From assembly GCA_963719205.1 (NCBI GenBank), contig CAVRAW010000005.1, positions 280,958 to 344,957 on the forward strand: 64,000 nt of DNA. Direction: 5' to 3'. The translations under genes were made by a program, and so were the position numbers. The notes below the pieces were generated by a model. The model had not been told where the DNA came from, did not search any database, and saw nothing but the letters and a program-made list of their open reading frames with translations. The DNA comes from Pirellulales bacterium. GTDB taxonomy: Bacteria; Planctomycetota; Planctomycetia; Pirellulales; JADZDJ01. Below, piece after piece: positions 34,575 through 43,966 of this stretch (positions are counted from its first letter, which is position 1; each line of letters starts with the position of its first letter).

Positions 34575-35714
34575 TCAGTCGCGGCCGCGCCGCCCACTGG
34601 CCAGCCGGCCGAGGCCTTTCACATCCAGCGTGCCGGTGATGGTCGTGTCCACGCTAATCGCGCTGCCGGCGGTCGGCGTGACCGACACATTCGTCAGCAC
34701 CGCATGGCCGTTGCCATTAACATCGGTATCGATCGTCCCGACCACCGTGCCGTCGATCGCCACGTCGAGCGTGCTACCTGCCGCCGCGCCGCGCACGTTC
34801 ACGATCAACTTGCTATCGACCGAGCCGTCGCTAAGCGTCCGGCTCAAGAAGATCGCCGTGCCGGTCGCGCCGCTGGCCGAGTCGCTCAGCCGCGAGCGCA
34901 AATGCAACACCGATGTCACCTCGGGGGCAAGCGCAAACGTGCCGGTGGCATCGCCAACGGCAATCGTGCTGCCTTCATTCACGGTGATCGCCGCATCCTT
35001 GAGCACGAGCGACCCGTTGCCGTTGGCATCGGTGCTGATCGTGCCGACAGTGTTGCCGTCGATCATCACAGCGATATCGGTGCTGGCGGCCGTGCCGTTG
35101 ATTGTCACCACCAAGTTCGATTCGGTGTTGCCGTCCTCGGTTTCACTCTTGAACGAAGCCGTGCCGGTCACCGCGCCGGTGGTGTCGGTCAACTGGGTCG
35201 TCAGCTTCACTTCATTTTCATCACCTTCATCATGGCCGGCGGTGCGCACTGCCAAATCGCCAGTGGCAGTGCCCACGGCCACGGTGTCGCCGGCTGCGGG
35301 AGTAACGGCCAAGCTGCCTTTGAGCGCAATTGCGCCCGATCCGCTATCGTCGGTCATGATGGTGCCGACGGCCGTGCCGTTAATATCCACTTCGTAGGGC
35401 GTGTTGGCCGCGGCGCCTTTGATGTTGGCGGTCAACACCGAGGTGGTTGTGCCGTTGTGAGTAATGCTGGTGAACGACACGTGGCCGGTCACGTTGGCAT
35501 CGTTCGGATCGCTGAGCGTGGCGCTCAAAAACGTTCCTTGAATGCTGGCCGAGCCGGCAAGGCGCGACGACGCCAGCACCGCAATATTCGACGTGTCATG
35601 ATGCGAAGCCGCGATGCTCAAACCGGCGGTCACACCAGCGGCGACCGAGCAACCCGACAACATACTGCGCGACTCAAGCTGTTCGAATGCGCGCACAGGC
35701 GAAGAACGTAACAT
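34575..35714 (-). CDS. secreted protein with three ~95-aa tandem domain repeats
   Basis: N-terminal FEQLESRSMLS motif, common at the start of planctomycetal exoproteins. Three repeats follow the pattern L..L.D....TG.A.F.S........L...I.GAAA.T..V.I.G..VGTI.TD..G.G...L.....T...G..I.V...TG. The opposite-strand ORFs look like GC shadows. Confidence 0.65.
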   Translation of the reverse strand: MLRSSPVRAFEQLESRSMLSGCSVAAGVTAGLSIAASHHDTSNIAVLASSRLAGSASIQGTFLSATLSDPNDANVTGHVSFTSITHNGTTTSVLTANIKGAAANTPYEVDINGTAVGTIMTDDSGSGAIALKGSLAVTPAAGDTVAVGTATGDLAVRTAGHDEGDENEVKLTTQLTDTTGAVTGTASFKSETEDGNTESNLVVTINGTAASTDIAVMIDGNTVGTISTDANGNGSLVLKDAAITVNEGSTIAVGDATGTFALAPEVTSVLHLRSRLSDSASGATGTAIFLSRTLSDGSVDSKLIVNVRGAAAGSTLDVAIDGTVVGTIDTDVNGNGHAVLTNVSVTPTAGSAISVDTTITGTLDVKGLGRLASGRRGRD

Positions 35715-36066
35715 GGGGATCCTCCTCTGTTCACAAAGTTCCGTTGACCGCTGGCCACTTTCTGTGGGTTCCGAGTGCTCTGTTCACCCGGCGAGTGGCG
35801 CTGGATCGGCCTTGCCTCTGGCACATTCCCTATAGCAAACCGCACGTCACTTGTGGAAGTTGCCGCGGAATTTTTTCCGAGAAAAGATTCCGTGCATGTG
35901 CAATGACCAGCGGCGTGGTCAAGATAGATAAGCCGCGAGATTTGCAGATAAAGAATATCGCAGAAAAGCTAGTTCTTCCGAGGCATGCCAACGGCATGTG
36001 GAAATGCGCCGCGAGATATTTGATCGCCCGCGCCCTGAACCGCAGCCTGCCAGGCTGAGCGCCAAA

Positions 36067-36261
36067 TTAACGCTTGCGCTCGTCCAAGCCAAGAGTGGAG
36101 ATGATCGTTTCCGCGCCAGGCGTCATGCGGCGAAGCTTATCGGCGATGTTCGCCTTTTCCGAAACGGTGGCTTTCTTCAGCTTCCGCTGAAAGACGACCA
36201 GCTTCTTGCGCCGCCGGCGGCGCCGCTTGATTTCCTGCTTCCGATCGCTGATGCCACCCAC
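36067..36261 (-). CDS. small highly basic hypothetical protein (64 aa)
   Basis: GTG at 36261 gives MGGISDRKQEIKRRRRRRKKLVVFQRKLKKATVSEKANIADKLRRMTPGAETIISTLGLDERKR. Lys/Arg-rich, like ribosome- or nucleic-acid-associated small proteins. Confidence 0.5.
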   Translation of the reverse strand: MGGISDRKQEIKRRRRRRKKLVVFQRKLKKATVSEKANIADKLRRMTPGAETIISTLGLDERKR

Positions 36262-36333
36262 GTGTAGGCTCCTGGGGTCAAAGTGATCTGCTTTTGTAAC
36301 ACGACCGCCATGAAACGTCAACGCATAACGAGG

Positions 36334-36424
36334 AATGACCGATGACCAGTTGCCAATGACCCGCGACAGATTGACCGTTGCCGCCTGTTGGTCACTGGGT
36401 TTTGTTCATTGGTCATTCTGATTA
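36334..36424. repeat. inverted pair of heptamer arrays (AATGACC-type)
   Basis: Left arm: aatgacc gatgacc agttgcc aatgacc. Right arm: ggtcact gggtttt gttcatt ggtcatt, which is the reverse complement of aatgacc aatgaac aaaaccc agtgacc. Confidence 0.65.
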
Positions 36425-36479
36425 GCCCCGAACATTTGACACTTTCCGCTGCTCAAAGCTACAGTTGCGCTATCTTGCC

Positions 36480-36516
36480 GGACGGGTGGCCGAGCGGTTT
36501 AAGGCACCGGTCTTGA
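36480..36516 (+). tRNA. truncated tRNA-Ser(UGA) 5' half (acceptor stem to anticodon), copy 1; not a functional tRNA
   Basis: GGACGGGTGGCCGAGCGGTTTAAGGCACCGGTCTTGA matches the class II tRNA-Ser 5' half (acceptor GGACGGG, D-arm GCC-GAGCGGTTTAA-GGC, anticodon stem CCGGT, loop CTTGA..). The sequence after the anticodon is unrelated: no ACCGG return strand, no T-arm, no CCCGTCC. Confidence 0.75.
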
Positions 36517-36649
36517 TGGCCGAAGCGGCCTGCCCACTGCCGTTCGGAGTCGGATGCGCGATCCGCTTCGGTGGTCGTTGGACTGCGCTAAGGCCCAAGC
36601 GAGCTACAACGCGTCAAATCGCTCGACCAACGATTTATTGGTCCTGGAA

Positions 36650-39010
36650 ATGGAAAATTCCTCTACTTCTACTACGCCACGACAGTCGGGATTTCGCGTG
36701 GTTGCCGCAGGCGCGTTGCTTGCTTTGGCAACCATCGTGGTCTATTTCCCGTCCATGCACGGCGGATTTCTGTTCGACGATGATCAGTTGCTGACGAACA
36801 ACCCACTGATCAAGGCCCCGAACGGCCTCTTTCGTTGTTGGTATACAACCCATCAGTTGGACTATCTGCCCCTTACCATTTCGACGCTGTGGCTGGAATG
36901 GCGACTATGGGGGATGGATCCCACCGGCTATCGTGTTACCAATTTGCTGTTGCATATCGCGGCATGCTTTCTGATTTGGACAGTGTTGCGACGACTATCG
37001 ATTCCCGGCGGATTCCTCGCAGCACTTCTATTTGCAGTTCACCCGGTCAATGTCGAAAGCGTTGCTTGGATTGAGCAACGCAAGAGCACGCTTTCGCTGG
37101 TGCTCTTCTTGCTGTCCATTCTATGGTACCCGATCGACGAGCCGGATCGCGAAACCAGGAAACATGCGTCGGCGTTGGGCGTCGGGCGATGGTACTGGCT
37201 TAGCCTGATGGCGTTCACCCTGGCGATGTTCAGCAAGGGCTCCGCTGCTATTTTGCCGTTCGTATTGCTTTTGATCGTGTGGTGGCGGCGCGACAGGATC
37301 ACGAAACCCGATGTGCTGCGCAGTGCCCCGTTTTTTTTGGTGGCCGCGGTCTTCACGCCGATCATCATTTGGTTTGTTGCGCACGGCGCGACGACGACGA
37401 TTCGCGAACTGACGTTTGGCCAGCGTGCGGCCTGCAGTGGAACGGTCGTGTGGTTCTACCTGTGCAAGGCATTGATTCCAATCCGCCTGTTGTTTGTCTA
37501 TCCGCAATGGCAAATTGACGCTGACAATCTGCTGTGGTGTTTGCCGTTGTTGGCGTCGTTCGTCATCACGGCGGAGTTGATCGGGCGGCAAAATCACAGG
37601 TGGATTCGGCCGATCTTGTTTGCTTGGGCGTCGTACTGTATCGGGCTCAGGCCGGTGCTGGGGTTCACCGATCCAGGCTATATGAGCGTAGCGGCGGTGG
37701 CCGACCATTACCAATACATTTCTTTAATCAGCATCACCGCACTGGCGGGCGCCGCTTGGTACAGGTGGCACCAACATGCTCGGAATATGATCCTTACGAT
37801 GACCGCCGCCACGACGGCAGTGGGCATACTTATGTTTTTGACGTGGCAACAAAGCCAGCTATATGCGGATCCGATTGTGCTGTATGAAGCCACCTTGGAG
37901 CACAATCCCGATTGTTATTTCATCCATAACAATTTGGGCGCAGAGCTCGCAAAGTCCGGCCGCTCGCAAAACGCAATCGGACATTTCCAAAAGGCGATTC
38001 GGTTAAAGCCGGATTACGCCCTGGCACACTTCAATTTGGGGGAAACGCTGCTCGCGTCAGGTCGAGCAGAAGGTGCGATCGAACATTATCGACAGGCGGT
38101 CCGCTTCCAGCCCGATTTTACCTTGGCGTATCATAATTTGGGCAATGCGTTGCGCGATACCGGCCACATCCAAGAGGCAATCGAGTCTTATGAGCGTGCG
38201 ATAGCGCTTGCACCGGCGTTCGCGACCGCTCACTTCAATCTTGGAATTGCCTTGATGCAGGAGCATCAAATCGACAAAGCGATCGAGCAATTCCGACTAG
38301 GCTTGCATTTTGATCCCGACAATGCTGCAGCGCACCACCAGCTTGGCAATGCTCTGCGTGCCGCACACCAACCGCAAGAGGCGGTTGATGAGTACCTGGC
38401 GGCACTGCGATTGAAGCCGGATGATGCCGAAGCGCAAGCAAGTCTGGAAATGCTGTTGTCCGGCCGAAGCCCTGCTGAAGAACCGCTGCATAACGTAGGC
38501 CACTTGACACCGGAGGATCGAAACGCCGTTGCCGCACAATTCAATCTGGGAATTGCCCAGCTTCACGCCGGACATCCAGAAAAGGCTCTGGAGTTCTTTG
38601 AGCGCGCTTTGTCCACGAAGTCCGATATTCCCGAGGTGCAATCGGCGATGGGCGCCGCGCTGGTCATAATGGGCCGATCCCAGCCGGCGCTGGAGCACTT
38701 GCAAATCGCATTGCGACTACGGCCCGATGACGCCGATGCTCAAAATAACCTGGCGTCCGCATTAGGCGCTCTGGGTCGCACATCGGAAGCGGTGGAACAT
38801 TGTCGAGAAGCGGTCCGCCTCCGACCAGCTTTTATCGAACCCTGGAACAATCTGGTAATTTTCTACGATCAATTACGCCAGCCTGAAAAAGCTGTCGCTG
38901 CTGCTGAGAAAGTGTTGGACCTGGCACGCTCTCAGGGAAAAACTGCTTTGGCTGAGCAAATGGAGGACTGGCTGGCTGCGCACCGCGGCGCCATCGAAAT
39001 AGCTCGTTAA
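36650..39010 (+). CDS. TMTC/PMT-like GT-C membrane glycosyltransferase with C-terminal TPR array (intact)
   Basis: ATG at 36650 (MENSSTST). Multi-TM N-terminal half with a first-loop FLFDDDQLL motif, WLEWRLWGMDPTGYR, AVHPVNVESVAWIEQRKS and ADHYQYISLIS. About 11 TPR units follow (AIGHFQKAIRLKPDYALAHFNLG etc). Confidence 0.85.
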   Translation: MENSSTSTTPRQSGFRVVAAGALLALATIVVYFPSMHGGFLFDDDQLLTNNPLIKAPNGLFRCWYTTHQLDYLPLTISTLWLEWRLWGMDPTGYRVTNLLLHIAACFLIWTVLRRLSIPGGFLAALLFAVHPVNVESVAWIEQRKSTLSLVLFLLSILWYPIDEPDRETRKHASALGVGRWYWLSLMAFTLAMFSKGSAAILPFVLLLIVWWRRDRITKPDVLRSAPFFLVAAVFTPIIIWFVAHGATTTIRELTFGQRAACSGTVVWFYLCKALIPIRLLFVYPQWQIDADNLLWCLPLLASFVITAELIGRQNHRWIRPILFAWASYCIGLRPVLGFTDPGYMSVAAVADHYQYISLISITALAGAAWYRWHQHARNMILTMTAATTAVGILMFLTWQQSQLYADPIVLYEATLEHNPDCYFIHNNLGAELAKSGRSQNAIGHFQKAIRLKPDYALAHFNLGETLLASGRAEGAIEHYRQAVRFQPDFTLAYHNLGNALRDTGHIQEAIESYERAIALAPAFATAHFNLGIALMQEHQIDKAIEQFRLGLHFDPDNAAAHHQLGNALRAAHQPQEAVDEYLAALRLKPDDAEAQASLEMLLSGRSPAEEPLHNVGHLTPEDRNAVAAQFNLGIAQLHAGHPEKALEFFERALSTKSDIPEVQSAMGAALVIMGRSQPALEHLQIALRLRPDDADAQNNLASALGALGRTSEAVEHCREAVRLRPAFIEPWNNLVIFYDQLRQPEKAVAAAEKVLDLARSQGKTALAEQMEDWLAAHRGAIEIAR

Positions 39011-39094
39011 CGCTTGCCCGACAACTTGGCCAGTCTGGTTTGAACGATACCTGCCAAATGACTCCAAACATACGAAATGCTATAACCAATTGCC

Positions 39095-39133
39095 CGGACG
39101 GGTGGCCGAGCGGTTTAAGGCACCGGTCTTGAA
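39095..39133 (+). tRNA. truncated tRNA-Ser(UGA) 5' half, copy 2; not a functional tRNA
   Basis: Same 37 nt as copy 1 plus two further loop bases (CTTGAAA), then unrelated sequence. It shares a 39-nt identical block (CCGGACGGG...GGTCTTGA) with copy 1. Confidence 0.75.
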
Positions 39134-39870
39134 ATCGATTTTGCACGATCGGTAGTGCGATCAAGAAAACGCTAATTCACTCGGCAAATCTTGGACAATT
39201 GTCGCTTCGATCGCAAGTGATGGATTGGGCAAAAACGTGGCAATAAATGGCACTTGCGGGTGTCAGTGACACCCGGTCATCGCGGGTGATCCGTCTGTTT
39301 GAATTTGCGGCGCACGGTGAGGGAGCAATCGTGTCATCAAGCAAATCCCCCTAAGTCAGTAGAGTGCAATACTGGCAGAAGCCCGGGAAATGATCCAGAT
39401 AAAAGCCACCTACACCGACGGATTACAGCGAGCTACGGCGTTTCGGCACGTTGGCTCCGTGATTTCCAGCGTCCTTCACCGGCACAAGATGGCGTGTCAG
39501 CTTCGGCCCGGGGATCACGTTTTCACGGAGAGCCCTGAGACACCTAGCATCGGGAAAATTCGCGTCGTCAAGAAAATCGAGAATGTCTTTGACTACTAGG
39601 CTGGCCGCTGGACGATTACCGTCGACCACCCGTCAGGTGAGAATATGCCAGCGGAAAAAGGCCCTGACTCGGATGATATTCACTTTCACTTTGTGTCTCA
39701 CGATCCCGAGGTAAAGCGAAAGCGTGCAAGAATTCCGTCTGTTTGGCTTTCGATTGCCAGCCACAAGCTGTGCCACGAAGCCACCATGCTGCAGACACGA
39801 TTCGGCTCGGACGACAAAATGTCTCTCCCGCGAGCGCGTGTATCATATCGAAGCGAAGCGCTGCAGCTAG

Positions 39871-41985
39871 CTATTCGGGTAACAAGCCCAGTTGAAGCCA
39901 TCCGCGGTCGACGTGCGCATGGGCGACACGAAACCGCTCTCTTCGATCGGATGCAGTCGGCAACGAGAATCGCGACCATACGAGCTCCTCAGCGAGGACC
40001 TTTCCCAGCGTGCGCTGCACGACGGTTCGCAACGCTTGTTGTCGGCCGCTTAACGGCGACTCGTATCCCTCCTCGTATGATAGCGTCTTGACCTTTAGAG
40101 CGCCTTGTCGGATTAGTGCGAGACCGCCGTCTCGTTCCTGGACGTTGTATGTCGCATCGACCATCATCGGCGGGTATTTCACGTCGCCTGATTCGAACGA
40201 TTCGATATGGAATCTGGCGCGGATCTGACCATCGACCAGTTCGGCAGTGCAGGGACGTTTTGAAAACGCAATGTTAAAATTTTGACCGGTATACTTCGGC
40301 GCGGCGACTCGCCAAGCGCTTCGTCGATCACTTGGATCAACTCATTCGCCGTCATTCGACGGCCGCTGAACGCAGTCGTTACAAGACTTTCCAGGGCGGA
40401 TGCGGCGCAGCAGACGAAGACATCCGAATGGCCGTCAAAATCCTGCGTCGGATCGTGATCTGGAATCGAATTGAAACCTACCAGAATCGCTTCCCAAGTC
40501 AGCGCGCCACCCGAGGTCTTTACACGGATCTCGGGAGTTGGCAGATTTGCATAGATGATCGGATCGCGGAACCTTGCGAAATACCACCGATTGAAAGCGT
40601 CGGCGAGTTTTTGGCCTTCCGCGTCCAACCGCGAGGTGACTGAATGGCGAGCCGCGGCTGCACTTTCAGCTTCTGCCATCGGCCGGCGAGCATATGTCCG
40701 CCGAACGGCCTCTTTACGACGGCGGCGGAGTCCGCGAGCGGCGATGTCGGTGTAGACGATGTTCGTCATGGCGCTCGCCTCAGCGGGCCGGGGAACGAGC
40801 CCACGTGCGTCAAGCGTGAACGGCTTGTCACCGGCGAGCGAAGTAGTGGCGCGACTACTCACTCGGACGCCTTCACTGTAGGCGGTGGTCGAGGCGTTGA
40901 CAGTTCCATCGAGTCGCACGGTCAGCCTTCCGACCGCGCTGGACGGAATGGCCTCCAGGCGAGATTTGCCGTGCATGCGACCGGTGCCGAAGGTGCTGGC
41001 GCCCCCGTACACGCCCTGAATCGGATACTGTTCGTCGAGCGACTTCGCCAGATGCGACGCTAACCAATCGGTTCGCAACACGACGATGAGGTTGGGGTGT
41101 GAAAACTTGCGGTAGATGGAGGCAGTTAAGGGTGTCGCCTGACCGAGTCGTTCGCGCTGATTGACGGCGTCAATGATCCTGGTTGCATCCGTTCCGGAGT
41201 CGGACGCGGAAGCGCTCAGCAATTCGGCCAGGTCGTCCCACGCCGACGCGTATTGCGCCGGGGTTTCGTGCGCCCGACGCCCGCGCACTAATGGTATCAG
41301 GGACCGGACGGCCAGAGAGGCCTCGATCAATTCGGCCGCATCCCAGACATCGGCCGCATTGTGCCAGCGCGTTTCTAAAGCGTCGAGCTCTAAAGCATCG
41401 GGGGGGCTGGCGGTCGAAGCGCACGGGCTTCCGGCCAATGCAGGTACAATCTCCACGGATCGTCGGTGCGCCGCAACTGGGGAAATCGCCGTTCTAGGGC
41501 ATCCAGGCGCTCAGTGACCCGCGCTGCGCCTGCCTGACTTCATTGTCCGAGATCGGCGCGTAGGAACGTGCCTTTTGGTGGCACAATTCGGTCCACTGGC
41601 TTTCGGGTATGGGCGTCAGCTCCTGGGCCCGCGCTTCCAGGGCGGTTGCGAGTCGCTGGAACGCTTCCCCGCGAAATTCAGACATGCTCGCCGTGCGCAA
41701 TCGTTCAGCCGCTGAGGCCAAGGGCGCGGGCTCGGCGCGGTTTCCAGCACGTAGCTCTTGCGTTGCGTCGTCCAGATCAAGTTGACGCGTCAGATTGCCC
41801 CACACCGGTAACTGCCCCGTCGTTTGTCGCAGTTGGCGGATTGTAGCCCGTGCATCGCGTGCCGACTGGGTATCGATCTGAGCGCAGGCTGGCTGTTGTA
41901 GAAATCCAAGAGTTAGCAGCGCCATCACGAAAGCAACGGAGGGATCGCGACTCAACCTTCGAGCGATGGATTGCAGCATTTTCAC
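39871..41985 (-). CDS. large hypothetical secreted protein (~700 aa), frame broken about 3 times
   Basis: Signal peptide at 41985 (VAFVMALLTLGFLQQPACAQ). ORFs 41494..41985, 40179..41456 and 39871..40182 connect through short alternative-frame stretches (..LDALERRFPQLRRTDDPW.. and ..ELVDGQIRARFHIESFESGDVKYPPMMVDATYNV..). Shifts lie near 41500, 41415 and 40250. No family recognised. Confidence 0.5.
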
Positions 41986-42006
41986 AGCAGATTGCAGTTC
42001 AGTAGG

Positions 42007-43895
42007 CTACGGTAACGGGGAAGTACTCTTGCGCACGACACCCAATTCGACCTTCCAGCCATCATCAGTCAGCGACAGGAACATTCCGGCCTCCGGCATG
42101 GCATCTCGCAAACGTTCGTATTGGGGCACCGTCGAATATGGCAGTGCCTGAGATCGTTCCGTCGTGCCGTAGAAAAGCAATCGCCAGAGATTGGTCAAAA
42201 GGTCGTTTTCGTCGGCCGTCTCAGCATCGGTCGCGGCAGATCGGTAGGAGTCCGCCAACACTTGATCGAGGTGCATGAGCCCCCGCATGCAGTTTGCGAG
42301 TTTTCCTGTCGCTTGATCCATTTGAGCAATGCGGACCAGGCAGCTGAATCGGCGAGCCTGGATCCACTGACGTTGCTCGAGATCGTCGATGTCAAAAAAT
42401 CGACGTCAGGTCCAAACAACAGCTTTCCTTGGCCGATCGCTAGCGCCTCGCACAGTGACCACTGAAGTGCTTTCCCCTTCGACAAAAAGCGATTTTCCTT
42501 TGGGAACCGTCCATAGTTCATAGTTTCCCAAACTGCCATTACTTACAGTTTTATCTCTTGCGTAGAATCGTTTCAGCGCGTTTGCGACCGTCTCTGGTTC
42601 TCTAATGCCGGCAACAAAGAGCCAACGTTCACCAGTGGCCTGGCCTGCCGATGGGTGCTCACGATTCTCAATGGGGCGGACACGAACGACGTCAGGGGTC
42701 AATTGTGCGAACACCTCGCGTCGCAGATCGACTTTGACGCCTTCGGGATCCTCGTGAATCCCATTCAGCATGTCCTCAAACATTCCCTCGCCATCTGGGC
42801 CGGGCTGGTTCATATCGTCGAAGAGATTTCCAAAGCCTTTCATTGCCGTGGGAAAATCCCATCGCCAGAACCAAACGCTCGCTACGTCGTCGCGGACCCA
42901 GTCAGGAACGATGGGAAACGCGCCGGGTTGCAGTTCCAGCAATCTCATTGCGGAACGATAAGGTCGAGGGGCGCGGAACTCGGCCCGCAAATCCCACTCG
43001 CAAGGTTTCGGCGCCTCGAATTCCAAGTGACCCGCAATGGATTGCACCGCGTCGAAGCCTAAACGACGAAATCGCGTTGTTCTGGAGTCGGCGTCCTGAT
43101 TGCGCTTTGCGGCGACGAGCTCCCACAATTCAATAGGACGAATAAAGAAGTTGACGTGCTGCTTGCTTGTGGGATTGCGGTCGGCATCGGCTAGAAAGGT
43201 CTTTCGGAACGCTTCTTGGTCCGTGAGGGAGTGGCCGGATCTGACATTCAGCAGTGCCTCGGCCGCCGCCGGAGAATTGGCGACACCGTAGTATCGGCTG
43301 CCAATGAACAGCACTCGCTGCGATTGCGAATCCTGTGTCGTCGGGAGTGCGAACACAGCCACTGCGACGTCGCCGACTTGGTGGGTCGATTTCTGATATC
43401 CCTGCCCACGGAAGTAGCGTTCTGCCGCAAGCAAGCATGGCGGGGTTTGATCGAGCGCGGTGGTGGAGGTAAACAGCCACGCTATGCCAACCGAGCGATT
43501 TTCCAGCGGAAAGATCACGAATCCGCCAGGATCACGCACCTGGAGCAGATCGCTCCAGTTCATACCGATCGCCGGGGCGGATTCAGTGGACCGGCCAGGT
43601 TGAGCCGCCCCAGCTCGCCAGCCAAGAGCGAGAAGTCAGGACCACACAGTTTTGCCCCGAAGCTCGATTTCTCGAAGAGATGACAACTAGCGCCAACGTT
43701 GGAGCAGAACGCTGCCAAGCAAGCATTTCCGGGCATGTAATCGGCTAAACCACCAGGCGATTGAGCGTGGCCAACGTGCGCAGCTAACGAAAGTGCCAGC
43801 ACGATGCACACCGCGAAGTATCGCGGAACAGTTCCACGGGCTCTGATTCGTGTCGCAAATCGTTGAATCGCCGCGGTTCTTGACATGCCACACAT
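42007..43895 (-). CDS. large hypothetical secreted protein (~630 aa), frame broken 2-3 times
   Basis: Signal peptide (YFAVCIVLALSLAAHVGHAQS). ORFs 43560..43895, 42406..43563, 42195..42539 and 42007..42321 join as ..VVTVRGA|LAIGQGKLLFGPDVDFL.. (near 42445) and ..AAWSALLKW|MDQATGKLANCM.. (near 42322). The first junction (near 43590) could instead be an ATGA-coupled gene boundary. Confidence 0.5.
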
Positions 43896-43966
43896 TATCT
43901 GCGCTCATGGACGGGTCTGCAAGCTAGGATAAACAGCTAACATGGACTAAATAGGCATACTATTCC

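Noticed and set aside
36480-39133. The tRNA-Ser-like sequences as functional tRNA genes, or as one tRNA gene split by a group I intron or inserted ORF.
   Set aside because: Neither copy is followed by the ACCGG return strand, a variable arm, a T-arm (GGTTCGAATCC-like) or the CCCGTCC acceptor 3' strand. I found no such 3' half anywhere in the window. The second copy repeats the 5' half rather than supplying a 3' exon.
39135-39870. An integrase or excisionase remnant, or a small gene (for example 39390..39599, 69 aa), next to the second tRNA fragment.
   Set aside because: No tyrosine-recombinase motifs appear in any frame. The small ORFs have weak start contexts and no recognisable features. 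Some of this region may be the decayed 3' continuation of the minus-strand orphan gene.
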